A DNA stretch of 64,000 nt from Cyanophora paradoxa CCMP329 (lineage: Eukaryota > Plantae > Glaucophyta): positions 1-64,000 of the forward strand of contig QPMI01000226.1 in assembly GCA_004431415.1 (NCBI GenBank). The letters are read 5' to 3'. This document shows, one piece after another, positions 32,901-45,315 of the stretch. The notes below the pieces were generated by a model. The model was given only the letters and a program-made list of their open reading frames with translations, was not told the origin of the DNA and did no database searches. A program made the translations under genes and the position numbers. Position 1 is the first letter of the stretch. Each line of letters begins with the position of its first letter.

Positions 32901-35658
32901 CGCAAGGCTTGAACGTCGGTGCTCCGGGCGCCCCGCCGGCCTTCTCGGTCGATGCCGGCGGCAACGTCCTCGCCAATTCGCTCGCGCTCAAGGGCGGCTT
33001 CTCGGGCGGCTCCGTTGCATTCGCGGACCCCATCACGGTGAGCGGCTCTGCCCAATCGCATGCAAGGATCGCACCCTCACCAGTTCCGTTCTTCGCAGGC
33101 GCCGGGCCTCAAGGCCCCGTCCGACCTCTCGCTGTCCGCTCCGAACGGCACGGTCTCGCTCGCCTCGTCAGGCTCGGCGACCCCCGCCGGGCCGAGCGCC
33201 ATCACGCTCGCCGCGACGGCGATCAATCTTGTCGGGACGGTCTCGATGAGCGGGCTCGACGTGACGGGCGACGCGGCCTTCAACGGGCTCATCAACACGA
33301 CGCTGGGCGTGCAGGTGGGGCCGCCGGGCGCCCCGCCGGCGTTCTCGGTGGACGGAGGCGGCAGAGTTGCCGCGTCCGAGGTCGTGTCGACGGGCGACAT
33401 CGTCGCTCCCTCCGTGAAGGCCCCAGCCGCATCGAACCTGGCGCTCAGCGCCCCCAATGGGAGCGTGTCGCTGTCGTCGTCGGCGCCTCCGGCCGGGCCG
33501 AGCAGCGTTACCATCGCGGGCTCGTCCATCAATCTCGTCGGCGCCGTCTCTGCTGGCAGCCTCTCGAGCTCCGGCGAGGCGTCGTTTGGCGGGCAGGTGA
33601 ACTCGACGCAAGGGCTCAACGTCGGCGCCCCGGGCGCCCCGCCGGTCTTCTCCGTGGACCCATCCGGCAACACAGTTGTGGGCGGTAAACTTGCCGTATC
33701 GGGCGGTTTCACCGGCCCCATATCTTCTTCCACCACAATTTCGGTTCGCCTCTCATTGTCACAAAGTTTCGCACTCTTCTTTGCTGAGTCTTCGTTCGTT
33801 CAGGCTCCCGGCATCACGGCTCCCGTCAACCTCGATTTGTTTGCGCCGACGGGGATGATTTCCCTCTCGTCGTCTGCACCGAGCGGGATGATCTCCCTCA
33901 CCGCCCCGTCCATCAATCTCGCCGGCGCTGCCTATGTCAACAGCCTCTCGAGCTCGGGCGGGGCGTCGTTCGGCGGGCAGGTCAACATGTCGCAGGGCCT
34001 CCAAGTCGGCGCCCCGGGCGCCCCGCCGGTCTTCTCCGTGGACGCCGCCGGCAACGTCCTCGCCAGCTCGCTCGCGCTCATGAACGGCATCACGGGCGAC
34101 GTCACGGTGCGCCGCCCCACCCGCCCGCGCGAGCGCTGCGACGGCGGCTGAGGCGCCGGCTGCCGCGCAGGCGCAGTCGGTGGTCTCGCCCTCCGTGAAG
34201 GCCCCGGAGTCGATGGACCTGGCGCTGAGCGCGGCGAACGGGTCCGTCTCGCTGGCGTCGGCGTCGGCCGGCGGGAGCAGCGCGGTGAAGATCACGGGGG
34301 CGACCATCGCCCTCGCCGGCGACGTCTCCGCCAAGAGCCTCGCCGTCGTCCCGCCCGCCGGCCCGCCGACCTTCTCCGTGGACCCCTCGGGCGCTGTCTC
34401 CGCCCAGCTCCTCTCCGTCCCCTCGGTCAAGGCCGCCGCGAACCTCGCCGTGTCGGCCCCCAACGGGACCCTCTCCCTCTCGGCGGCCTCGCCCTCGACG
34501 CCGGCGGGGTCGAGCACGGTGACGATCGCGAGCTCGAACATCGCCCTCGCGGGGGCCGTCGTCGCGAACAGCCTCCGCTCCATAGGCGACCTCTCCGCCC
34601 CGCGCCTCGTCGCCGGCGAGGTCGCCGCCAACGGCACCCTCTCCCTCTCCGCCTCCGTCCCCTCGGCCAGCGCCGGCAACGTCACCATCTCCGCCGCCCT
34701 CGTCACCCTCAGCAGCAACGTCGCCGTCGTCGGGGGCGCCCAGATCGCCGGCGCCCTCTCCGCCGGCTCCTTCTCCGCCACCAACATCAGCGCCGTGCGC
34801 CCCGCCCCGCCCCGCCCCGCGCCCGCCGGCGTGCTCACACGCCGCCTGGCGCAGGGCGGCCTGGTGGCGAACACGCTGAAGCCGTCGGCGGCCAACCTGG
34901 CGCTCTCGGCGCCCAACGGGCAGGTGACGATCTCGGGGTCGGCGGCGCCGCCGCCGGCCGGCGTGAGCGCCGTGGCGATCGATGGGGACCTCATCGCGCT
35001 GAACGGCGACGTCACCGCCGACTCGCTCACCGCCGCCGGCTCCCTCACCGCCGCCTCCGCCAAGGCCCGCCCCCCGCCCCGCCCCCCTCGAGGGGCCGCC
35101 CCTCACCGCCGGGGCGCAGGTGGCGTCGGTCTCGATCGGGCCGGCGGGGGGGTCGGGGACGGACGGGGCGATCTCGAGCGCGGGGAGCCTCTCGATCTCG
35201 GCGGGCAACAGCAGCGCCGCCCCGCCCTCGCCCTCCGCCGGTTCCATCACCATCTCCACCTCCGTCCGCCCCCCCGCCCCCCCGCCCCTGGCCGGGGCCG
35301 ACGGGGCGGGGCGCAGGGCACGGGGGTGCTGGCGGTGGACGACCTGCAGATGAAGGGCTCGCGCATCTCCTCGACGATCGGCCATGTGCGCTTCGCGGCG
35401 AGCGCGTCGCCGTCGACCCCCATGGGGAACCTCATCTACGCGAACCCGGATCTAGCCGCCGGGAGCATGACGATCAACCTGGAGGCGTGCAACGCCGACA
35501 GCGCCGGCGCCCTCGTCCTCATCTACTGCGAGGGCACCGGCACCTACACCTGCACCGTCGGCTCCCAGACCTTCACCCCCAGCCCCTCCAACGACGTCTT
35601 CACCTGCGGCTGCTTCGACAAGGGCTCCGGCGTCTTCAGCTGGCGCTGCAAGATGTGA
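23958..35658 (+). CDS. Giant secreted G/A/S/V/T-rich repeat protein (roughly 3000+ aa) with beta-fibre-like repeats and a Cys-rich C-terminal domain, multi-exon
   Basis: Hydrophobic signal LLVPVVLWLCLSRAHA; successive + strand exons joined by GT/GC-AG introns; FSVD.AGN and APNGSVSL modules; many N-x-S/T sites; ends CGCFDKGSGVFSWRCKM*. Confidence 0.85.
25644..31460 (+). repeat. 498-bp (166-aa) coding tandem repeat, nine near-identical units, plus a 1402-bp higher-order duplication containing an intron
   Basis: Unit starts at 25644, 26142, 26640, 27138, 27636, 28134; identical 73-bp introns at 28335-28407 and 29737-29809. Confidence 0.95.
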
Positions 35659-35960
35659 GCCGTCGCCTCGTTGTAAAGATCCCTCTTTCTTTTAGTTTAG
35701 TTTAAGTAGGGTTACGTAGGGTCTATTTATTGTTTCTTTGCTAGCCCTACACCTCGCGGGGCGGGCCCGCAGCTTAGCTTGCGGTTGTTCAGAATCTTCA
35801 CGTTGTCGTTTACATTCAATCGATGAACTCTTGCTTGCGTGTTAGGCCCGCGCATGATGATGGATGCGATGCATGCGCACGCGCGCGCGGGGTAGGGTGC
35901 ACTTCGTTCGCACGCCGGCTGCCGGAAGCTCTCCGAGCTCGAGGCCGAAGCTTAGCTCCG

Positions 35961-37965
35961 ATGGCCCCGATAACGCTCCAGGTCAAGTCGTCGACGGGCG
36001 CCAAGTTCACCGTAGAGGTGCGCCGGGCGCCGCACGTGGCTCCGGATGAGCGCGTGGCGCCGTCTGAGCGCCGGGCCGAGCGCTCCTGCGTGCTCCGCGC
36101 GTCATTCTACGCTCGCTGAACTTGCTTTCCACCAGGTGGAGCCGAGCGAGACCATCAGCGCCCTGAAAACGACTCTCGAGCAGAAGTCCGAGATTCCAGC
36201 CTCGCAGCAGCGGCTCATTTACCGCGGACGTATTCTCAAGGACGACCTCACTATCGAGAGCTACAGTGCGCCTCCCGCCGGCCCCCCGCCTGCTGCCGGC
36301 GGCCCGTGACCATTCCTCGCAGACATTGAGAATGACCACACGCTGCACCTCGTTCGAAACGCATCTCAGTCGTCTACTGGCGCCTCGGCGGCTGCGCCGA
36401 CAGCGGCCGCACAAACCGCGCCGGCAGCAACAGGTTCGCTTCGCTCGAATGGTCTTCGCCCGTCTCGTGGGGCCGGGCTGCCTGGCGCTCTCTTATCCAA
36501 GCTAAGTCTGAGCACCTATGTCGCCTCGTTGACTGGCAAGCTCAGGGGCGCCAGCCGCTGGAGGACAGGCAGCGGGCATGGATCCTTTCGGCATGGGCGG
36601 GATGTTCGGAGGGTTCGGCGGCGGCATGGGAGTGCCAAACTTGGGTCAGTTCCAGCAGCAGATGATGCAGAACCCCGACATGATGCGCGAGATGATGAAC
36701 TCGCCGATGATGCAGGCGCGCTCTGCTCGCGCCCCCGCCAGACGCTCTCTGCCCGCGCTGACGCGCTGCTGCAGTCGATGATGAACAACCCGGAGCTGCT
36801 GCGGTCGCTCATGATGGCGAACCCGGCGATGCGGCAGGTCATCGAGAACAACCCCGAGATCAACCAGTGCGCCGGGCGCCGCAGCGCGCCCCGAAGCCTC
36901 CTCGCCTGACCGCCGTCGCGCCTCGCCGCAGCATGCTCAACGATCCGCAGGTGGGGCCCTCCTTTTCGCTCCTTTTCGCTCCTTTGCGGGGCGCGGGGCG
37001 TGACTGTGCGCGGGGCGCAGCTGCTGCGGCAGACGATGGAGATGGCGCGGAACCCGGAGCTGATGCGGGAGATGACGCGGAACGCGGACCGGGCGATGAG
37101 CAACATCGAGGCGCTGCCCGGCGGCTTCGACGCGCTGCGCCGCATGTACACCAACGTCCAGGAGCCCCTCATGAACGCCGCGACGGGGCCCGCCGCCAAC
37201 CCCTTCGCTGCCCTCTTCGGCGGCGCCCCCGGCGCCGGCGCCGGCCAGACCGCCGCCCCGCCCGCGCCCCAGGGCCAGCCCAACAACGCCCCGCTCCCCA
37301 ACCCCTGGGCCCCCTCGGCGCCCGCCCGGCGACCGGCACCGGCGCGGCACCGGCCGGCGGCGCGGCAGCAGGGGCGCGGGCGGGGCGGCGGCGGGCGGCG
37401 CGGCGGCGGCGAACCCGTTCGCGGCGCTGGGCGGCATGGGCGGCATGGGCATGCCGGGGATGGGGATGCCGGGGATGGGGATGGACCCGAGCGCCATCGC
37501 CGGCCTCATGCAGGCGCGCCCCGCCGCCCCGCCCCCGCCGCCGCCGCCGCCGCTGACGGAGGGGCCGGCGGCAGAACCCGGCGATGCAGCAGATGATGAG
37601 CACGATGCTCTCGAACCCGCAGTTCGTCGAGTCGGTGCGCCGCGCGCCGCCCCTCCCCCGGGGGCCGGGCTGTGGTGAGGGGCGGGGGCGCAGATGATGG
37701 ACGCGAACCCTTTCGTGCGGGAGATGGCGGCGGCGAACCCGCAGCTGCGCACCATGCTCACCAACCCCGAGTTCCTCCGCAGCCTCTCCAACCCCCAGAC
37801 CCTCTCGGCCATGATGCAGCTCCAGTCCGCGATGGGCACCCTCCAGCAGGCCGGCCTCTTCCCCGGCGCCCCCGGGGCGCCCGGCGGGGCCTCGGCCGCC
37901 GGGGGCGGGGCGGCGGGCGGGGCGCCGCTGGACATGGCGGCGATGATGCAGGGCCTCCAGGGCCT

Positions 37966-38000
<35 letters not shown>

Positions 38001-38227
38001 CCTCCCCGCCCCCGCCGGCCGGTGCGCTGCGGCGGGGCCAGCGGGGCGCCTCGCTGGGGCTGAGGGGGGCGGGGCGGGGCGCAGGCCCTCCGGAGGAGGT
38101 GTACGCGGGCCAGCTGCGGCAGCTGGAGGACATGGGCTTCCTCGAGCGCGACGCGAACCTCGCCGCCCTCACCGCCACCCGCGGCAACGTACAGGCCGCC
38201 GTCGACCGCCTCCTCGGCGGCCTCTGA
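35961..38227 (+). CDS. UBQLN: Ubiquilin/Dsk2 (UBL-STI1-UBA)
   Basis: [16 protein letters not shown] domain; [16 protein letters not shown] and [21 protein letters not shown]1 repeats; [10 protein letters not shown]...[13 protein letters not shown]. Confidence 0.96.
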
Positions 38228-39431
38228 GCCCCGCGCCCCCGCACCCCGCCCCGCCCCCCGCACCCCGCCCCCCTCCCGCCCCCTCCGGCCCCCGCCTCCC
38301 CCGCTCGCCCCGGCCCCTGTAAAATTCACCCGAATTCCCCACTGGGCCACGGCGCCGCGCGCCCGGTGCAAGCTAGTGGGGGGCCCGCATCAGGACTGGC
38401 AGCCCGCACAGATTCTTTCGACTGCGGAAGTGTAAGTAGTATGCCCTTACGATTCATGATCATCATGGCCCAGTGGCATCGGACTATAGCTAGTACCGTA
38501 CTACGGTAGTACGTGAATCATGGCATCTAATCATGATCATGATCATGAGTATGCCCAGTGCCCGGCCAGCTAGGCCCCCCATGGCCACCGAGCCGCTGAG
38601 CCGCCGGGCCGAGCCGAGTCGGATCCGGAGGGCTCAGCGGCTGGCGGCGGCCCGGCCTTGCGCACTGCGGCATGCGGCGGCCTGTAGCTAGCGGAGGGTC
38701 ATGCGGGAGGTGTGGAAGGCCAACGAGATGAGGGTCACGAGGACGCCCATCGCCTCCCTCTCCCGCGCCCGGCCCTGCCCCACCGATCGCTAGCTAGCTA
38801 TAGCCCCCTGACTCGTGACTCTGTGATCAGTGAGCCAACAGTACTACCGTAGTACCGTAGTACGGCAGTGCCACCCCCGTGACCGGTGCCCGGCCTTGCG
38901 TGATCATAAGACTCTGAGATCTAGAGGCTTGACTCAGTGAGCTCGAGTTACAGTGCCACGGTGATCATGATCATCGAATCATGACACGTGCCACACGGTG
39001 CACGTGCACAATCAGGATAAATCGATCAGTACCGTAGTACCGTAGTACCGTATTACTACGCCGTGACGGTAGTCACTGAGTACTGCCTGGTCCCTTGGCC
39101 AGCTGCCAGGCCCACGATCCAATGATCAGCGGCTTGCACTGCCAGGCTGCCGCAGTGCGGCACATGTACAGCGGCTGCAAGCCTTTGAGGCTTCGAGAGT
39201 TTCATCCGACAAAAATAAATCGGTGTATTGAATTGCCAGGCATTGAATTGGGGGGGCCGCGGGCCAAGGAAGCGCGAGAGGGGGAGGGAAAGAAGGGTGG
39301 GGTGATGGGGGGGAGGGGGGGAGGGGGAGGGGGGAGGGGGGGGCGGGAAGGGGGAGGAGGGGTTAGGGTCTGGGAAAGAGAGAGGAACAAGGCGGCAGAA
39401 GGAGAGGAAGATGAGAGGGGGCGGGTGGGTG

Positions 39432-40760
39432 TCAGGGGGGCGGGGCGGGGCCCGGGGCGAGGGAGGGGCGGGTGCGGGTGGGCTCGACGCGGGCGAGGCC
39501 GGAGAGGGGGTAGTAGCCGCCGTAGAAGTGGACGGGGAAGACGTGCCCCGAGGGGAGCTCCCCCGCGAACGACATGATGAACGCCGACTGCCCGTCCCCG
39601 CTCGACGCGTGGCTGCCCCCACCCGCCCCCCGCCCCCTCAGCCCGCCGCGCCGTGGGGCGGGGCGGGGGGGCGGGGCGGGGGGACCTGAACATCCAGTCG
39701 ACGCGGCGGGCGTCCTCGAAGGGCATCAGCTTGTTCGCGTACTCCCCCTCCCCCGTCCCCACCCCGTACTCCAGCCGCACCGGCGCCTCCCGCACCAGCA
39801 CCACGGGCGTCCCCTCCGCCAGCCCGTGCGGCCCCGCCCCGGCCCGGGGCCCCGGGGCCCCGCCGGCGGCGGCGGCCCCGGCGGCGGCGGGGTCGGCGAG
39901 GCAAGCGACGAGGTCCTGCACCTTCATCGCGAACGACTCCGCCAGGTACCTGCGCCCCGTGAGCGTGAGCGCCCCCCCGGGGCGGCGAGGGAGGGCGGGC
40001 GGGGGGCGGGGGCGGCGCACTTGGGGGTGATGGCGCTGTTCTGCGCCGCCTTCGCCTGCCCCTTGTACTCCACCTCCACCTCGTACCTGCGGGGGGTGAG
40101 CGCGCCGGGGGCCGGGGCGGGGCGGGGCGGGCGGGGCGCGCGTGGTGGGGGCGTCGCGGAGCTCCCGCATGGACTCGGCCTGCTGCACCTCCGTCAGGTC
40201 GAACACGAAGAGGTTCTTGTGGTTGTACGAGATCCGCCGCTTCCGCCGGATCGTGTCCGGCAGCCCCGGCGGCCGCCCCCGCTCCCCGAGCGGCTCTTCC
40301 AGGTTCACCGAGAAGCTGCGCCGCCGCCGTCGGCCACCCCTGCCGGCCGCGCGCGGTGCCGGGACGCACCGCACGCGGTAGTCTTCCCTGTCCAGCCGGT
40401 CGACGGGCTCCTTCCGCATGACCTCGCGCGAGCTCCCCGTTGGGTCGGGCGGGTCCACGCGCTGCGACACACGGAGCCGCTTCGCGTAAATGCTGTCCTC
40501 CACCACCGTCCACGTAGGCGTATTCGCCCAGGCCGTGTTCTTATCCAGCTTGTGCTTCATCCTGTCGAACTCCTCCTTCGTCAGGTTCTGCGCGGCACTC
40601 GTCGTTAGCTGCGAGCTCCGCTTGGCGCGGGAGCGTTCCGTGCCTTGATGCGGGCCTCGATCTCGTGGTGCTGCGCATGCTGGTACTGCGCGAACCATCC
40701 CTGCAGCAACTCCTGCGTCTCCGTGTCCAGCGCGAAGCGCCGGACGTGTGCACCGCTCAT
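39432..40760 (-). CDS. CYTH/triphosphate-tunnel metalloenzyme, mRNA 5'-triphosphatase (Cet1-like)
   Basis: HEIEARIK (motif A), R.SVNLEEP, RRKRRISY, FDLTEV, YEVEVE (motif C); multi-exon. Confidence 0.75.
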
Positions 40761-40869
40761 CTAGCGCACGCCGCGCTTCTTACGACCGCCGCGCTTCTCT
40801 TAGATCCTTCGAATTCCGGGCTGCAGCGCGAGTGTACTCTACCCCGCCCTCAGCCCACTCTACCCCCCC

Positions 40870-42220
40870 ATGACCGCCTTCGTCTGCACCTGCGGCGGCG
40901 CGGCCGCCTCCAGGCTGCTTGTGCATCACTCCTCGTTTGATGTGCTCTCCCCGTCGCGCAAGGCAGCCCCAGCGCGCGGCCTGGCACGCACGCGTGCGGG
41001 CTACAGCGCCGTGGCGCGGCCGCGGCCTCGAAGGACGTTCGTGGCGGAGCAGAGCGGCGCGGCCGCCCCCGATCGGCCGCCCAGCGTGAGCGCAGAGACA
41101 GGGGCCGACTGGCACGCGCGTGCTGCGCAGATGCCGCCGCCGCACGCAGCTGCATTAGCTACCGCCGCCGCAAGTTCACAAGATTCCTCGGCCGTATTGG
41201 CAAGCAGCGGCGGGCCTCCCAGCGAGCCGCCGGCGCCCGGGCGCGGCGGAGGAGGCGACGGGGATGGCGACGGGGAGGGCGGCTCGGTGCCGCTCGCGAT
41301 GGCCCTGTGGCGCGCGTACAACAGGCTCCTCGCGCGCTACCCCTTCCGGTGCGCTCCTTCGGATCAACCGCGGCGCGGGGCACGGCGGGCTGCTGACGGG
41401 GCCAGCAGTACGAACGCGGCGCAGGCGGCGCTGATCGGGGGCACGGGGGACATGATTGCGCAGTGGATCGAGGGCAAGCGCGACGGGCGGCGGCGGCTGA
41501 AGATGTACGCACCGCGCGCGAGGCGCCGCCGCCGGCCGGTCGGGGTGGTGAGGGGGGCGGCGGGGGCAGGTTCGCGTGGGGCCTGTGCTTCGCGGGGCCG
41601 ATGTCGTTCTTCTTCTACCGGTGGCTGGACGGGCGCTTCCCCTCGTCCGTCGGCTGGCCCAACGTCCTCCGCAAGGTCGCCCTCAACGCCGTGCGCCCCG
41701 CCCGCAGGCCCCGCCCGCCCGCCCCGCCCTGCGCGGGGCGGCGGAGCGAGGGTGGGGCGTGGGCGGGGCGCAGACGATGTTCACGCCGGTGATCAACGCG
41801 GTCTTCCTCGCCTTCTCCCGCAGCGTCGAGCTCGCCTCCGACGGCCGCCTCCGCGACATCCCCGCCGAGGCCCGCCCCGCCCCGCCCCGCCCCGCCCCCC
41901 GACCGCCCCGCCCCCGCCCGCCCTGCCCCCCGCCCGCCCCGCTCCGCCCAACCGCGCGCGGCAGGTGCGGCTGAAGGTGGCGGCGGAGTGGCCGGGGGCG
42001 TACCGGAACTCGTTCCGGCTGTGGCCGGCGGCGCACTGCATCAACTTCGCGTTCGTGCCGGCGCACCTCCGCGTCCTCTACATCTCCTGCGTCGCCGTCG
42101 GCTGGACCGCGTCCGCCCGCCCCGCCCCTCCCGCCCTGCCCGGCCGGCCACCTCCGACGCCGCCCCCGCAGGTACCTCTCCTTCATCGGGCACCGCCACC
42201 GCCGCCCCCAGAGCGCCTGA
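40870..42220 (+). CDS. Mpv17/PMP22 family membrane protein with N-terminal MTAFV targeting peptide
   Basis: YNRLLARYPF, GDMIAQWIE, LWPAAHCINFAFVPAHLRVLYISCVAVGWTAYLS. Confidence 0.92.
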
Positions 42221-42316
42221 CCGCCCCACGCCGTCCCCCGCGCCCCGCGCCCCGCGCCCTCCCCCTGCGAGGCAATGCGAGTGTGCATATGCATTCTGGG
42301 CGGAGAAGGGCGGGGG

Positions 42317-45167
42317 CTAGGGCTTGGTGGGGCGGGGCGGGGCGGGCGGGGCGTCCTCGGGGAGGGGCCCGAGGCGGAGGGCGCCGGCGAGGGTGGAGAC
42401 GGGCCCCGGGGCGCCGCCCTGGGCCCCGTACGAGCGCAGCAGGCTCGAAACGAGGTTGTAGTCCACGTCCACCGGCCGCAGCGGCCCCTCCCCCTCCCCC
42501 TCAGCCTCCCCCTCGGCCCCCACCTCGGCCTCGGGCTGGGCGCCGGGGGCCGGGGCGCGGGCGAAGGAGCGGGGGGCGACGGAGTCGGCGGCGAGCTCGG
42601 CGTCCATCGCCCGCATCGCCGCCCGCATCCGCCGCAGCTCCGCCATCGCCCCCGCCGCCCCGCCCGCCCCGCCCGCCCCTCCCCTCGTCCCGCTCGACTC
42701 CCCGCTCCCCTCCTCCTCGCCCTCCTCGCCCTCCTCCTCCTCGTCCCCCTCCTCGAGGTCTTGGTAGAGTCCATCGTCTGCGGCGGCGTCAAAGGGGGCG
42801 GCGCCGGGCGAGGCGGCCCCGTGCACCGCTCTCGTCGCCGCTGGCGTCCTCGTCGGGGCCGGCGGGCGGGGCGGGCCCCCCGAGGAGGGCGAGGAGGCGC
42901 TCAAAGCTGAAGGCCACGGGGGCCCCCGCCCCGGGCCCCGCTTCCCCCTCCCCCTCCTCCCCGTCCCTGCCCCCGCCCCCTCAGCCAGCGCCCCCGCGCG
43001 GGGCCGCGGGGCGGGTACCCCTCGCCGGGCAGCTCGGCCCCTCGGGCCCCGAGCGGGTCGCGACGAAGGCCTTGACGCCCGCCGCCAGCCGCCCCGCCGC
43101 CTCCGCGCCCCGCCTCGCCGCCCCCGCCTCCCGCCCTCTTCTTCGTCCTCCTCCTCCTCGCCGCCCGCCGCAGCCTCCGCACCGCCCTGCCGGCGGGTCG
43201 GGCCGAGCGGGGAGCTCTGGCGGGGCGGGGCGGGGCGGGGCGGGCACGGTGGGGTGCGTGCGGGGCGCGGGCGCGGAGGAGGGCGTCGAAGTCGGCCTCG
43301 TCGAGGGCCAGCCACGCCTCGCTGTCGTCGGCCCCCTCGCACGCCACCTCCCCGGCCCCGCCGCCCCTGCACAGCCTCAGCGCCCCGCCACGCCCCGGGC
43401 CCGGGCCGGGGCGGGGGGGCGCGCCTCGGCGAGGGCCGCCTCGATCTCGTCGGCGACGCAGGCCTCCTCCGCCCCGCCGGCCCCCCGCCGCGCCGCCGCC
43501 TCGCGCTCTTCCGCCGCGAAGCGCCCCGCCGCCGCCGCCTCCAGGCGCCGCCACTCCGCCGACCCCTCAACGTTCTCCTGCGTGCCCCGTCGACGGCGCG
43601 GCGCGGCGCGGGGCCGGCCGGCGGGGGATGGGGTACCCCGAAGTAGCCGCGGCGGGCGAGGCTCGCGCGGAAGGCGAGCCAGCGCGGGTCGTCCCGCAGG
43701 GACCGCCCCGCCTCCTCCCGGCCGCCGCCGCCGCCGCCCCCGCCCGCGCCGCCCGCCGCCGCGCGCTCTGCTGGTAGAGCATCTCGAAGCCGCAGGCCTG
43801 CGGGGGCCGGTCAGGGGCGGGCGGGCGCGCCGGCCGGGACGGGGCGGGGCCAAACGCACGAGCTTGCAGCCGAGCTCGGCGGCGTTGCGGTCGGGGTGGC
43901 CCTCGGGGGGGAAGGGCGGGAAGGGGCGTGGCGGGGCGAACTTCTGGCAGCTGAGCTGCGCGTAGAGGCAGCGGGTGAAGCGGACGCGGAGGCGCGCCGA
44001 CGGCTCCGGCGGGAAGCGCTCCATCCGCGCGCAGTCCTGCGCCCCGCCTCGGGCCGTGCGGGGCGGGCCGGGCCGGCGGGGTGGGCGGGGCGAGAGGCGG
44101 GCGCACGCGCATGGCGGCGAGGTCGCGCTCGCAAAAGGCGCGGGTGGCGTGGGCGACGAGGTGCGGGCGGCGGGCGAGGGCGAGGGCGACGTCGGCCGGC
44201 AGCACGCAGGCCGCCCGGTGGCACGACTCCCGCAGGCCCCGCTCCGGGTGCCTGCCGCCCCGTCACGCCCCCGCCGACCCCTCTCGCCTGCACCGGGGCG
44301 GGCGCACCCGCGGACGCGGGCGCGGACGGCCTCCTGGACGGCCTCAGAGGCGCGCGTGTCGACGGCGGCGCTCCGCACGGCGGCCAGGCCCTGCTCCAGG
44401 CTCGGCTGCACGGGCAGCAGCGCGATCTCCCCGGGCGTCCGCGGCATCGGCACGATGTGCACCTCCCCGCCCCGCAGGAACACCTGCCGCCCGCCTCGCC
44501 GCCCCGCACGCGCACCGGCCTCGGCAGCGCGCACCCTGTTCTCGCTGTTCTGCGGCTGCATCCACTTGGGGATCGCGAGGGCGCTCTCTATGAGCAGGAA
44601 CTCGCCGTCCGAGTCGAAGACCCTGCGCCGCGACGCCGTGGGCGCGCGCAGGGGGCGGCCGGCGGGCCGCGGGCGGACCGCGCGGTGAGGTCGCGGAAGC
44701 GGCGCGTGAGCTCCAGCAGCAGGTATACGATGAACCACTCGTCCTCGATGTTGTCCCCGTACCGGCAGTAGCCCCACAGGTGCGGCACCTCGGGCCCCCC
44801 GGCCCGCCCCGACGCTCCTGCGCGGCGGCCTCACGTTCAGCAGCGCGTCGACGGCGCGCGCGTCGCGCGACGTACGCTTCTTTACAGGCGCGCTGCCGCG
44901 CGGCCGCGAGCGCTGTCCCTCCGGCGCCTCGGGATCATACACGTCGAGGCGGAACGGGTCCCGCTGCCACATGTAGCCCGCGAGGGGCTCCGCGAGCGCT
45001 TCCAGGCACATGTGCCGCAGTGCGCGCAGCTGCTCCAGCGCGTCGGCGCCCCCAGGCGCTGCGTCTGGATAGACGTGGTATTCGACGAAGTCCGGCTCCA
45101 GCACGGGCGCCGGTTGCGCCTCCTCCGCGAACTCGTCCAGCGGGATGCCCGATTCCGCGCCGCTCAT
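42317..45167 (-). CDS. ECD: Ecdysoneless / SGT1-family protein
   Basis: YMWQRDPFRL, YGDNIEDEWFIVYLL, DSDGEFLLIESA, FTRCLYAQL, GCKLACGFEMLY, DYNLVSSLLRSY. Confidence 0.93.
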
Positions 45168-45315
45168 TGCTTCTCGGCGAACTGCTCGACTGGCTGCGTA
45201 CCCCCGCCCACTCCCGCCATTGCGCCGCTTCTCCCCGTTGGAGGCAGCACGCCGCACTGGCATTGGCGAAGAAGAGAGCGACTAGTTGAAGTGGGTCGCG
45301 CCAGCCGCGCGGGGG

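Noticed and set aside
39240-39480. Telomere-like or functional G-quadruplex tract
   Set aside because: Irregular purine run corresponding to the C-rich 3' end/UTR of the minus-strand gene; such runs are common in this genome.
40870-43965. 1031-aa plus-strand ORF and similar Arg/Pro/Gly-rich ORFs across 36-60 kb
   Set aside because: Read-through of stop-free GC-rich introns and antisense of real genes (Mpv17, ECD, CHD1).
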